A program made the position numbers and the translations under genes. Under the pieces are notes generated by a model. It saw nothing but the letters and a program-made list of their open reading frames with translations. It ran no database searches and was not told the origin of the DNA. DNA of 32,050 nt from assembly GCA_964203125.1 (NCBI GenBank), contig CAXNMZ010000001.1, positions 1 to 32,050 of the forward strand, written 5' to 3'. Origin of the DNA: Chitinophagales bacterium (lineage in GTDB: Bacteria; Bacteroidota; Bacteroidia; Chitinophagales; Chitinophagaceae). Numbering within the stretch: the first letter of the stretch is position 1; every line of letters starts with the position of its first letter. Below are positions 19,007 through 28,796 of the stretch, one piece after another.

Positions 19007-20455
19007 ATGAAAAAAACCGTAAAATCAAGAAGAGATTTTGTCAAAAATGCCGCATTGGCTTTAGGCGGATTTTACATTGTCCCTAGACATGTATTGGGTG
19101 GTCCAGGATTTACCGCTCCAAGTGATAAACTACAAGTTGCCGGAATTGGTGCTGGAGGTAAAGGAGAAAGTGATTTATGGGCCTTCTATCAAAGTGGAAA
19201 AGCAGATATCGCATTCTTGTGTGATGTAGATGATCGTCAAGCTGTAAAGAGTCGTGAAAGATTCCCGAAAGCAAAATATTATAAGGACTATAGAGAGATG
19301 TTAGACAAAGAGCATAAGTTGATTGATGCAGTCTCTGTCTCTACACCAGACCATATGCATGGCGTGCAAGCCATGGCAGCAATGCAAAAGAAAAAACATG
19401 TCTATGTACAAAAGCCAATGGCACATGATATCTATGAAGCTAGAATCATGACAGAAGCTGCACATAAATATAATGTAGTTACTCAGATGGGTAACCAAGG
19501 CGCTTCTGGAGATGGCGTGCGTGTATTACAAGATTGGTACAATGCTGGATTGATTGGGGATGTGCATACGATTTATTGTTATACAGACCGTCCAGTATGG
19601 CCACAAGGCGTAATTCGTCCAACCACTGCCTCTGCAATTCCAGCAGGTTTAGATTATAATTTATGGTTAGGTACTGCCCCTCAAAAAGATTATTTCGATG
19701 GAGTTTTGCCATTTAACTGGAGAGGCTGGTGGGATTACGGCACCGGCGCTTTAGGAGATATGGCTTGTCATATTATGGCACCTGGTTTTGCAGTGCTAGG
19801 ATTAGGTTATCCGGTGTCTGCAGAATGTAGTGTGGCAACAAGGTACACTGCACCATGGCAAAGAGTGTATTCACCAGATAGTCCACCAGCAGCATCGCAT
19901 ATTATTTTAACTTTCAAAGGACAGAACGGAAAACCAGATGTAAAATTACATTGGATGGATGGAGGTATTCAACCAGAAAGACCAGCAGAATTAGGACCAA
20001 ACGAAATGATGGGTGATGGCGGAAACGGTATCATCTTTGAAGGAACAAAAGGCAAAATGATGGCAGGTACCTACGGTGCAAATCCTCAATTATTGCCAAC
20101 TAATTTAACAGCAACTACAAAAGTGCCTCAAACCATTGAAAGAGTTAAAGATGGCGACAATGGACACTATGCAGCTTGGGTGGAAGCATGTATCGCAGGA
20201 CCAGGAAGCAAAGAAGCAAAAGTATTGAGTTCCAATTTTGATATCGCAGGACCATTAACTGAATCAGTGTTGATGGGTAATTTAGCCATCCGTTCTTATG
20301 ATGTTAAAGCCAATGATGCAAAAGGATTGACAAGCTATCCTGGAAGAAATATTCAATTAATGTGGGATGGACCAAATATGAAGATCACCAATTTCGATTT
20401 AGCGAATCAGTTTGTAAAACGTGCTTATCGTGAAGGTTGGAGCTTAGGTGCATAA
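19007..20455 (+). CDS. Tat-exported Gfo/Idh/MocA oxidoreductase (glycoside 3-dehydrogenase-like)
   Basis: SRRDFVK twin-arginine signal; GIGAGGKG; STPDHMH; HVYVQKP; QMGNQG; WRGWWDYGTGALGDMACH. Confidence 0.9.
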   Translation: MKKTVKSRRDFVKNAALALGGFYIVPRHVLGGPGFTAPSDKLQVAGIGAGGKGESDLWAFYQSGKADIAFLCDVDDRQAVKSRERFPKAKYYKDYREMLDKEHKLIDAVSVSTPDHMHGVQAMAAMQKKKHVYVQKPMAHDIYEARIMTEAAHKYNVVTQMGNQGASGDGVRVLQDWYNAGLIGDVHTIYCYTDRPVWPQGVIRPTTASAIPAGLDYNLWLGTAPQKDYFDGVLPFNWRGWWDYGTGALGDMACHIMAPGFAVLGLGYPVSAECSVATRYTAPWQRVYSPDSPPAASHIILTFKGQNGKPDVKLHWMDGGIQPERPAELGPNEMMGDGGNGIIFEGTKGKMMAGTYGANPQLLPTNLTATTKVPQTIERVKDGDNGHYAAWVEACIAGPGSKEAKVLSSNFDIAGPLTESVLMGNLAIRSYDVKANDAKGLTSYPGRNIQLMWDGPNMKITNFDLANQFVKRAYREGWSLGA

Positions 20456-20464
20456 TTAAATTAT

Positions 20465-21631
20465 ATGGAATCTTTAAAAGATCAATTTTTATTAAGACCC
20501 GATATTCATTTTTTGAATTTCGGATCTTTTGGTGCTACACCAAAACCAATCTTCGAAAAATACCAAGACTGGCAAAGGATCTTAGAAGCAGAGCCCGTGC
20601 AATTCATCGCATTTGATGGCTATCAATACCTTGCAGATTCTAGAGCCGCATTGGCTAAGTTTTTAAACTGTGCAGACAAAGATGATTTGGTGTATGTCAC
20701 TAATCCAAGTTTTGCAGTCAACATGATTGCCAAGAGTTTTCCTTTAGAAGTGGGGAATGAAATTTTAGCATCAGATATTGAATACGGCGCTTGTGATAGA
20801 ACATGGGAATATTATTGTAAGAAAAAAGGTGCTACTTATAGAAGACAAAAAATCAATCTTCCGATTGTTAACAAGGAGCAATTTATCGAAGATTTTTTCA
20901 AAGGATGCAATGAAAATACAAAAGCGATTTTCATTTCTCATATCACTAGTGCGACTGGATTGATTTTACCTGCAGCAGAAATTTGTGCGATTGCCAAAGC
21001 AAAAGGACTCATCACCATTGTAGATGGTGCGCATGTACCTGCGCATATTCCATTGGACCTAAGTTCCATTCAGGCAGATTTTTATACAGGTGCTTGTCAT
21101 AAATGGATGATGGCACCAAAGGGTTGCTCTTTTTTATATGCAGCAAAAGCAGTACAACCCATTTGTGATCCAATGATTGTAAGTTGGGGTTATCAAGCAG
21201 CCAAGCCATCGCATTCTAATTTCTTAGATTACCACCAAATGATTGGTACCAGGGACTTTTCGGCCTTCTTAACGGTCGCTACTTGTATTGAATTCATGGC
21301 AAAACACAACTGGAAAGCTGTTGGACAAAAATGTCATCAAATGGTCTTAGATCATGCACCAAGATTTTTTACCTTATTCCATTTCAAACCAATTTGTCCA
21401 CTCAATAGCGAATGGATAGGACAAATGATTAGCATCCCCATTCAAACACCTGATCCGGAAAAATTACAGAGGACTTTATTTCTTGATTATAAAATAGAAG
21501 TGCCTATCATGCGACAAGGCAATGATGTGTACCTTAGGTATTCAATCAATGCCTTTAATACGGTGGAAGATCTAGATGCATTGTATAATGCAATCGTTGC
21601 GATACAAAAGCAAGGTATACTTTTAAAGTAG
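20465..21631 (+). CDS. Aminotransferase class V PLP enzyme (isopenicillin N epimerase / C-S lyase-like)
   Basis: FLNFGSFGATP, SHITS, VDGAH, GACHKWMMAPKG with the PLP lysine, GTRD. Confidence 0.88.
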   Translation: MESLKDQFLLRPDIHFLNFGSFGATPKPIFEKYQDWQRILEAEPVQFIAFDGYQYLADSRAALAKFLNCADKDDLVYVTNPSFAVNMIAKSFPLEVGNEILASDIEYGACDRTWEYYCKKKGATYRRQKINLPIVNKEQFIEDFFKGCNENTKAIFISHITSATGLILPAAEICAIAKAKGLITIVDGAHVPAHIPLDLSSIQADFYTGACHKWMMAPKGCSFLYAAKAVQPICDPMIVSWGYQAAKPSHSNFLDYHQMIGTRDFSAFLTVATCIEFMAKHNWKAVGQKCHQMVLDHAPRFFTLFHFKPICPLNSEWIGQMISIPIQTPDPEKLQRTLFLDYKIEVPIMRQGNDVYLRYSINAFNTVEDLDALYNAIVAIQKQGILLK

Positions 21632-21658
21632 CATAGCGCAATATCAATATTACAACAT

Positions 21659-21692
21659 AAAAAAAGGGATACGATTTCGTGTCCCTTTTTTT
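21659..21692. terminator. Bidirectional intrinsic terminator
   Basis: A7-GGGATACG-ATTT-CGTGTCCC-T7 between convergent genes. Confidence 0.85.
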
Positions 21693-21710
21693 ATTCAATG
21701 ATTGGTACAA

Positions 21711-22580
21711 TTACCAATTCAATGTTTTCATGTACGCTGCATTATCCTTAGCTGAATCCAACTCATTGGTTCCGGTATACGCTTCTTGTTCTACAATCAT
21801 ATCCCTTACGCCACGTTTTGCAACTTCAGGAAGTAAAGACTTATAATCAATCGTGCCTTTACCAATCACACAAGACTCATGCCCTTCTGGCGTATTGGCT
21901 TTAACCAAATCTTTCACATGCACTAATTTAAAACGATTTGGGAACTTGTCCATATAGGCAAGTGGATTCACGCCTGCAACCCTTGTCCAATAAAGGTCCA
22001 TTTCAAAATCCACCATTGCAGGGTCGGTATTTTTCATCATGACGTCCTGAGGCACAATACCATTCATTGGAACGAAAGAATAATCGTGGTTATGATACGC
22101 GAAACGAAGCCCATGTTTTTTTGCAATTTCACCACACGCATTGAACTCGTCTGCAAATTTTTTGTAGTGCTCGATACTAGGTTGTGCCCCCTTATGCGGA
22201 CAAATCAAATACTTCATTCCTATCTCTCCTGCTTGAGCAGCCTTCAATTCGAATGATTTAAGATCATCAGTATGTTCACAATGAGATGAAAACATATTCA
22301 TTCCTAAATCATCCATCACTTTTTTTAATTCGGTATGTTTCATCCCCCAAAATAATCCCAATTCACCTTCAAAGCCTTCAATTTTTTTATACCCATTCGC
22401 AGCGATCTGTTTTAAAACACCCATGGTGTCTTTGTATAAAGCCAACTTAACGGACCATAATTGTAAAGCAAATGGTTTTGAATTAGCAGCCATGGCCATT
22501 AACTCATTTTTAAAGGGCATTGACAATGCAACACTTGTTAAAGCAGCGCCACGTAAAAAACTTCTTCTTGAATTTGACAT
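21711..22580 (-). CDS. Tat-exported sugar phosphate isomerase/epimerase family TIM barrel (xylose-isomerase-like)
   Basis: SRRSFLRG signal; LQLWSV, AYHNHDY, FEMDLYW, HVKD, IVEQE; start trimmed to 22580. Confidence 0.9.
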   Translation of the reverse strand: MSNSRRSFLRGAALTSVALSMPFKNELMAMAANSKPFALQLWSVKLALYKDTMGVLKQIAANGYKKIEGFEGELGLFWGMKHTELKKVMDDLGMNMFSSHCEHTDDLKSFELKAAQAGEIGMKYLICPHKGAQPSIEHYKKFADEFNACGEIAKKHGLRFAYHNHDYSFVPMNGIVPQDVMMKNTDPAMVDFEMDLYWTRVAGVNPLAYMDKFPNRFKLVHVKDLVKANTPEGHESCVIGKGTIDYKSLLPEVAKRGVRDMIVEQEAYTGTNELDSAKDNAAYMKTLNW

Positions 22581-22612
22581 AATATAAAATTGAAAACCGA
22601 ATGAATAATTGT

Positions 22613-22643
22613 AAAAAAGTGAGCCCCCTACTGGAGGCTCACT
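22613..22643 (-). terminator. Intra-operon intrinsic terminator or stabilising hairpin
   Basis: Minus strand AGTGAGCCTCC-AGTA-GGGGGCTCACT followed by a T run, just after the subunit-3 stop codon. Confidence 0.65.
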
Positions 22644-22659
22644 AAATATATTGTTTTTA

Positions 22660-23229
22660 CTAGGAAGTAGCCCAAGCTTTTTCTCCTTTCGTATAAGGCA
22701 CACAACCTTCATACTTTCCAGGAACGGCTACATACCTCAACACTTCTGTTGCACCTATTTTAGAAGTGAACAAACCAGACAAAGTCATTTGCTTCATCAT
22801 GGTAAAGTAATGCGTAGGGTCTTCTTTCTTTTTATTTTGTTGGTACTCTTTTGCTTCTTTATCCAACTCTGTTAAAAAAGCAGTACGCTCTTCTGGTGTG
22901 GCTTCCATAAAAGCCTTTCCCATCTTAGCTTTTGAAGCTTTAAACTTCAACTCTGCCATCCCATTCATAAAAATTTCTTGGTCCTTTGCTTCGTAACAAT
23001 CGCTCACCATGGTTTGCATGAAAGCACCAACATTGGCTGCTTTTGCGCCCGGTGTATCCGTTGCAGGCAGGATGGTTTCACCCACTTCATTTAAAAAGTC
23101 AATGTCTGCTTGGGTAAAACTAACACCCTTGGTATTGGTTTTACAACCGGTCAAAAAAGCTTCTGCACCTAACACCGTTCCACCCATGATGATGGCCACT
23201 CTAGAAAGGGCTTCTCTTCTGTTTATCAT
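22660..23229 (-). CDS. Gluconate 2-dehydrogenase subunit 3 family protein (LacC-like), Tat signal
   Basis: NRREAL twin-arginine; ETILPATDTPGA; YFTMMKQMTLSGLFTSKIG; VPGKY. Confidence 0.88.
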   Translation of the reverse strand: MINRREALSRVAIIMGGTVLGAEAFLTGCKTNTKGVSFTQADIDFLNEVGETILPATDTPGAKAANVGAFMQTMVSDCYEAKDQEIFMNGMAELKFKASKAKMGKAFMEATPEERTAFLTELDKEAKEYQQNKKKEDPTHYFTMMKQMTLSGLFTSKIGATEVLRYVAVPGKYEGCVPYTKGEKAWATS

Positions 23230-23251
23230 AAAATATTTTTTAAAAATTAAA

Positions 23252-24930
23252 TTATAAGTTTCCTTTTTTCAATTCAGATACAGCAAATTCAGCTGCTCTT
23301 GCAGTGAATGCCATATAAGTCAATGAAGGGTTCACGCAGTTTGCACTTGTCATGAACGAACCATCAGTCACAAATACATTCGGTGCATCCCATACTTGGT
23401 TGTTGCCATTCAATACAGAAGTTTTAGGATCTCTACCCATACGTGCAGTACCCATTTCATGGATACCTCTACCTGGTGTACCATCTCCTTCATAACCTGA
23501 ACATTCTTAGCACCTGCACGCTCCAGCATTTCTTTTGCGTCTTCTAAAATGTCTTTACGCATTTTGATTTCATTGTCTTTCAACTCACAATCAATATTCA
23601 AGACATTCAATCCCCACTTATCTTGCTTGGTTTTATCTATAGTCACTTTATTAGTTGGATCAGGTAACATCTCTCCAAAGCCCATCATACCAATAGACCA
23701 TCCACCTGGCTCAGTCAAAGCATCTTTAAATTTACCACCAATACTTACTTCAGCAACATCGTGCCCCCATCCAGCACGGTTAGCGCTTCCTTGGTAACCA
23801 AAGCCTCTGATATAATCACGCTTCTCATCACCAAGGTTTCTGAATCTTGGGATATAGAAACCATTGGCGCGACGACCAAATGTGTATTTATCTTCATACC
23901 CTTCTATTGTACCACCAGCACGATTACCTAAATGGTGATCCATTAAATTTTTACCCAATGCATCACTGCTACTTCCTAATCCACCTTCCCAAACATCTGT
24001 AGCAGAGTTCATCAACAACCAAGTGCTATTTAAAGTAGACGCATTCACAAAAATGATTTTTGCTTTATACTCAATTGTTTTATTCGTTTCTGCATCTAAT
24101 ACAGTGACGCCAGTCGCACGCTTTTTATCTTTATCGTAATTGATTTCTGTCACAATAGAAAAAGGTCTTAAAGTTAAATTACCTGTTGCCATCGCAGCTG
24201 GTAAAGTAGAAGATTGCGTACTGAAATACCCACCAAACTGACAACCCAACCAACATTTATTTCTAAACTGACAACCTGGACGACCTTCATGCGGCACCGT
24301 GATATTTGCTGTACGACCAATGATTAAATGACGGCTACCTTTATAAATCTCTTTAATTCTTGCAGCTACATCTTTCTCTACACAAGTCAAATCCATTGGA
24401 GGTAAGAACTGACCATCAGGCAATAAATCAATACCGTCTCTATTTCCACTAATCCCTGCAAATTTTTCTACATAATCGTACCATGGCTCAATCTCTTTAT
24501 AACGCACAGGCCAGTCAACAGCAATCCCATCTTTTGCATTCGCTTCAAAATCAGCATCTGCCCAACGGTAAGATTGACGACCCCACATTAAAGAACGCCC
24601 TCCAACATGGTATCCTCTAAACCAATCAAAACGTTTTGTTTCAGTATAAGGATGGTCCTTGTCAGAACACCAGTAATCTAAATTCGTTTCGTTCAATGGA
24701 TAGTCACGTTTCAACACAGGATAATCTTCGATCATCTGTTGTGTTCTACCACCTCTATGTGGAAAGTCCCAAGCTTCTTTATCTGCATTGACATAATCTT
24801 TGATGTGTTCGATATTTCTTCCACGCTCTAACATTAAGACTTTAAGTCCTTTTTCTGTAAGCTCTTTAGCAGCCCATCCACCACTAATTCCAGAACCTAC
24901 TACGATTGCATCATACTGTTGTTCGGCCAT
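23252..24930 (-). pseudogene. GMC-family flavoprotein (glycoside 3-dehydrogenase, LacA-like), split by a 1-nt frameshift at ~23500 (real lesion or sequence error)
   Basis: N-terminal part has VVGSGISGGWAAKEL and GGRSLMWGRQSYR; C-terminal [13 protein letters not shown]...NPSLTYMA is in another frame; the 1679-nt span is one base short of a 559-aa ORF. Confidence 0.85.
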
Positions 24931-24976
24931 TGTAAAAAATTTATAAGTTTATATGATTGGTTTTAAAAAGCAAAAT

Positions 24977-25885
24977 TTAAATATCGCAAACAGTAACTGC
25001 TTGCTTGAGTGAACTAATTTTATCTGGGTTCGTTGCAATGAATTCATGCGCTACATAACCATTGTATCCAGTGGCTTTGATCGCACGCATGATCGCTGGA
25101 TAATTTAATTCTTGACGATCATCTAATTCATGTCTACCTGGCACACCTGCTGTGTGATAATGCCCAAAAAAAGCATGACTGTCTTGAATGGAACGAATGA
25201 TATCTCCCTCATCTATTTGCATATGATAGATATCAAATAAAATTTTAAAATTTGGTGAGCCTAATTGTTTACATAGTTCAATACCCCATGCAGACTTATC
25301 TCCCATGTAATCTTTATGGTCGACTTTTGAATTGAATAATTCAATATGAATGGTCACGCCTTTCGCTTCGGCTAATGGCATAATTTGTTTTAATCCTTCC
25401 ACACAATTTTTCAATCCTGTAGCGTCATCCATCCCATTTCGATTACCCGAAAAACAAATTAAATTTTTATATCCTGCAGCCGCTACTAATGGAATTGCTT
25501 CCAAATAATCTTTAATCAACCAAGGATGATGTATTGGATTGTTCCAGCCTTTTGTCAAACTTGTTTCGCCAGCAGTATAACACATAGAACAGTCGATGCC
25601 ATATTTTTTGACCGTCTCCCATTCGCTTGGTTTCAATAAATCAATCGCGTTGAATCCAATGCGTTTTACTTCCTTACATAAATCTTCTAAACTAAAATCA
25701 CTGTAACACCATCTACAAACACTATGGTTAATATTGCCTTTTAAATTGGCTGCATCAGTTGTTTGAATGGATAGATCAGCTAATTGTGCACTTGCTTGAT
25801 GAGGCAGCGCCAAACCAGCAGTCATCAGGGCAGAGCCGGATAAAACTTGTTTCAGTAATTTTCGTCTATTCATTGTTGAAGACAT
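24977..25885 (-). CDS. Tat-exported hydroxypyruvate isomerase (Hyi) family TIM barrel
   Basis: NRRKLLK signal; INHSVCRWCY, ICFSGNR, ELFNSKVDHKDY, FDIYHMQIDEG, HYHTAGVPGRHE; start 25885 or 25873. Confidence 0.88.
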   Translation of the reverse strand: MSSTMNRRKLLKQVLSGSALMTAGLALPHQASAQLADLSIQTTDAANLKGNINHSVCRWCYSDFSLEDLCKEVKRIGFNAIDLLKPSEWETVKKYGIDCSMCYTAGETSLTKGWNNPIHHPWLIKDYLEAIPLVAAAGYKNLICFSGNRNGMDDATGLKNCVEGLKQIMPLAEAKGVTIHIELFNSKVDHKDYMGDKSAWGIELCKQLGSPNFKILFDIYHMQIDEGDIIRSIQDSHAFFGHYHTAGVPGRHELDDRQELNYPAIMRAIKATGYNGYVAHEFIATNPDKISSLKQAVTVCDI

Positions 25886-26061
25886 AGTAAGCAAGCATTA
25901 GGATGCGTTTATAAATGTAAATTTATTTTTGCATTCTTTTCAAATATTTCCCATGGAAAAAAGGGGTTTTTTGAGAAATAATGAGGAAATTGCTTTTACA
26001 ATAGGCAGAATGTGTTATTTTGACACAATCAGCTTGTTTTAAGCTTAAAAACTCCCTATAA

Positions 26062-27228
26062 ATGAACAGAAAACTACGCATGGGTATGGTAGGTGGTGGA
26101 AAAGACGCATTCATTGGCGCCATCCACAGACTTGCTGCAAATATGGATGGACTCATTGAAGTAACATGTGGCGCATTAAGCATCAACCCTGAAATTGCTG
26201 TAGCATCTGGAGAAGCTTTGTTCCTTCCTAAAGAAAGAACCTATTTAACCTATGAGGAGATGATTACGAAAGAAGCTCAATTGCCAGCCGATGAGCGCAT
26301 TGATTTTGTAACCATTGTAACACCAAACTTTGCGCATTTTGCACCAGCCATGATGGCTTTGGAAAATGGATTCAATGTGGTGATTGAAAAACCAATCACA
26401 TTCTCTTTAGAAGAAGCAAAATTATTAGAAAAAAAATTGAAAGAAACTGGCTTAACACTTTGCTTAACGCATACTTATTCTGGTTATCCAATGGTCAAAC
26501 AGGCGAAGGCCATGGTGCGCGAAGGCAAGCTGGGTAAGATTCGTAAGGTATGGGTGGAATATCCTCAGGGCTGGTTAAGTAGATTATCAGAGAGAGAAGG
26601 CAATGCACAAGCTGCATGGAGAACGGACCCAAAAAAATCGGGTAAGAGTTCTGTGATGGGTGATATTGGAACACATGCTGCACATTTAGCAGAATATATT
26701 ACGGGTGCAAAAATCACTGATATCTGTGCAGAATTAAATACAATGGTTGAAGGGCGTGCGATGGATGATGATGGTGCAGTACTTTTAAAATTTGACAATG
26801 GTGCAAAGGGTGTGTTGATGGCATCGCAGGTTGCTGCAGGCGAAGAGAATGCATTAAAGATTAGAGTATACGGAGAACTAGGTGGCGTTGAATGGTTTCA
26901 ACACGAACCCAATACATTGATCGTAAAATGGTTGGATCAACCCACTCAAATTCTTAGAGCTGGTGGTAATTATGGCGCACATTTATCCAGCTTTGCAACC
27001 CATAATTGCCGCACTCCAGGCGGGCATCCAGAAGGCTATTTAGAAGCATTCGCCAATATTTATAGAAACTTTGCACTCACTTTGTCTGCAAAAATGGATG
27101 GCACCACTCCTACGCCCGAAATGTTAGATTTCCCAGGCGTAGAGGATGGCATTAGAGGGATGGCATTTATTGATAATGTCGTTTTATCTGCAGGATCTGA
27201 TCAAAAATGGACGGCACATACAATATAA
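26062..27228 (+). CDS. Cytoplasmic Gfo/Idh/MocA oxidoreductase
   Basis: GMVGGGKDAFIG, VTPNFAH, IEKP, YSGYPMV, EYPQGW, GDIGTHA, GHPEGY. Confidence 0.92.
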   Translation: MNRKLRMGMVGGGKDAFIGAIHRLAANMDGLIEVTCGALSINPEIAVASGEALFLPKERTYLTYEEMITKEAQLPADERIDFVTIVTPNFAHFAPAMMALENGFNVVIEKPITFSLEEAKLLEKKLKETGLTLCLTHTYSGYPMVKQAKAMVREGKLGKIRKVWVEYPQGWLSRLSEREGNAQAAWRTDPKKSGKSSVMGDIGTHAAHLAEYITGAKITDICAELNTMVEGRAMDDDGAVLLKFDNGAKGVLMASQVAAGEENALKIRVYGELGGVEWFQHEPNTLIVKWLDQPTQILRAGGNYGAHLSSFATHNCRTPGGHPEGYLEAFANIYRNFALTLSAKMDGTTPTPEMLDFPGVEDGIRGMAFIDNVVLSAGSDQKWTAHTI

Positions 27229-27260
27229 AGGCGATATTTAAAAAAGGCAATCATTACATT

Positions 27261-28313
27261 ATGACAACAGTAAAAGGACCTGGTATTTTTTTAGCACAAT
27301 TCTTAGGGGATCAGCCACCATTCAATACCTTAGAGGGTATCTGCAAATGGGCTGCAGGATTGGGTTTCAAGGGTGTGCAAATTCCAAGTTGGGATGCACG
27401 CTGTATTGATTTAAAAAAAGCCGCAGAAAGCAAAACCTATGCCGACGAGATCAAAGGCATTGTGCAAGCTGCTGGATTAGAGATTACAGAATTATCAACG
27501 CATTTACAAGGACAGTTGGTGGCGGTGCATCCTGCCTATGATGCGCAGTTTGACGGCTTTGCGCCAGTTGAGTATAGAGGCAATCCAAAAGCAAGAACTG
27601 AATGGGCCGTGCAGCAATTAAAATATGCAGCAAAAGCATCTCAAAATTTGGGATTAAATGCACATGCAACTTTTAGTGGTGCCTTGTTATGGCATACTGT
27701 TTACCCTTGGCCACAAAGACCTGCAGGTTTAGTTGAAACTGGCTTTACAGAATTAGGTAAAAGATGGTTGCCAATTTTAAATGAATTTGATGCAGCCGGC
27801 GTAGACTTATGTTATGAAATACATCCGGGAGAAGATTTGCATGATGGCGTTTCCTATGAAATGTTTTTAGAAAAAGTAGGAAATCATGCTCGTGCTTGTT
27901 TATTATTTGATCCATCACATTTGGTATTACAATGCATGGACTATAAAGGTTATATCGACGCCTACCATGAGCGTATCAAAATGTTTCATGTAAAGGATGC
28001 CGAATTTAATCCGAGTGCAAAGCAAGGCGTATATGGTGGCTATCAAAATTGGATAGATCGTGCTGGAAGATTTAGATCCCTTGGTGATGGTCAAGTAGAT
28101 TTTAAAAGTATCTTTAGCAAATTAGCAGCTTATGATTATAAAGGCTGGGCAGTGTTGGAATGGGAATGTTGTTTAAAGCACCCAGAAGTGGGCGCAGCAG
28201 AAGGTGCTGTATTTATTCAAAACCATATCATCCCTATCACTGCAAAAGCTTTTGATGATTTTGCTAGCACTGGATCGGACGAGGCGTTTAACAAAAAAAT
28301 ATTAGGCATTTAG
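27261..28313 (+). CDS. Cytoplasmic sugar phosphate isomerase/epimerase (AP endonuclease 2) family TIM barrel
   Basis: KGPGIFLAQF, YEIHPGEDLHDG, FDPSH, FHVKDAE, LEWECC; start at ATG 27261. Confidence 0.9.
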   Translation: MTTVKGPGIFLAQFLGDQPPFNTLEGICKWAAGLGFKGVQIPSWDARCIDLKKAAESKTYADEIKGIVQAAGLEITELSTHLQGQLVAVHPAYDAQFDGFAPVEYRGNPKARTEWAVQQLKYAAKASQNLGLNAHATFSGALLWHTVYPWPQRPAGLVETGFTELGKRWLPILNEFDAAGVDLCYEIHPGEDLHDGVSYEMFLEKVGNHARACLLFDPSHLVLQCMDYKGYIDAYHERIKMFHVKDAEFNPSAKQGVYGGYQNWIDRAGRFRSLGDGQVDFKSIFSKLAAYDYKGWAVLEWECCLKHPEVGAAEGAVFIQNHIIPITAKAFDDFASTGSDEAFNKKILGI

Positions 28314-28372
28314 TCAACGATTCAAATCAATCATTCAAATTAACAACTCAATTTACTTTCAAACAATACACT

Positions 28373-28759
28373 ATGCGTAAAATTTTATACACCCTATCAG
28401 CAGCCCTTGTATTAGTTGCTTGTGGTGGTGGTGCGACAAAAAATGAAACAACAACTGAAGCAACAACTACTTCGGAAACTAAATTATCTGACAATCCAGA
28501 TTATGCAAAAGGATTGGCCTTGATTGCAGGAAGCGACTGTTTAACTTGTCATAAAGTAGCTGAAAAAAATATAGGACCTGCTTACCAAGATGTAGCTGCT
28601 AAATATGAAAATACAGATGATAATATCGAAATGTTAGCTGGAAAAATTATAAAAGGTGGAAGTGGCAACTGGGGCGCAATTCCAATGACAGCGCATGCAA
28701 ACCTTAGTCAAGAGGATGCAGAAGCGATGGTGAAATACATTCTATTATTAAAAAAATAA
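28373..28759 (+). CDS. Monoheme class I cytochrome c lipoprotein (c551/c552-like)
   Basis: Lipobox LVAC; Thr/Glu-rich linker; CLTCH heme motif; IGPAY; axial Met in WGAIPM. Confidence 0.93.
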   Translation: MRKILYTLSAALVLVACGGGATKNETTTEATTTSETKLSDNPDYAKGLALIAGSDCLTCHKVAEKNIGPAYQDVAAKYENTDDNIEMLAGKIIKGGSGNWGAIPMTAHANLSQEDAEAMVKYILLLKK

Positions 28760-28796
28760 TTCCAATTCAATCAGAAATTGGAAACAATTAAAAATT

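Noticed and set aside
23252-23455. 67-aa ORF as an independent gene
   Set aside because: It is the C-terminal part of the frameshifted GMC flavoprotein.
23440-23520. Programmed ribosomal frameshift in the GMC gene
   Set aside because: No slippery heptamer, long homopolymer or stimulatory hairpin at the junction.
999-27669. Short antisense or alternate-frame ORFs in the track (e.g. 2642-3058, 3660-4127, 15976-16272, 22651-22875, 25923-26186)
   Set aside because: They overlap well-supported genes and have no recognisable motifs; treated as shadow ORFs.
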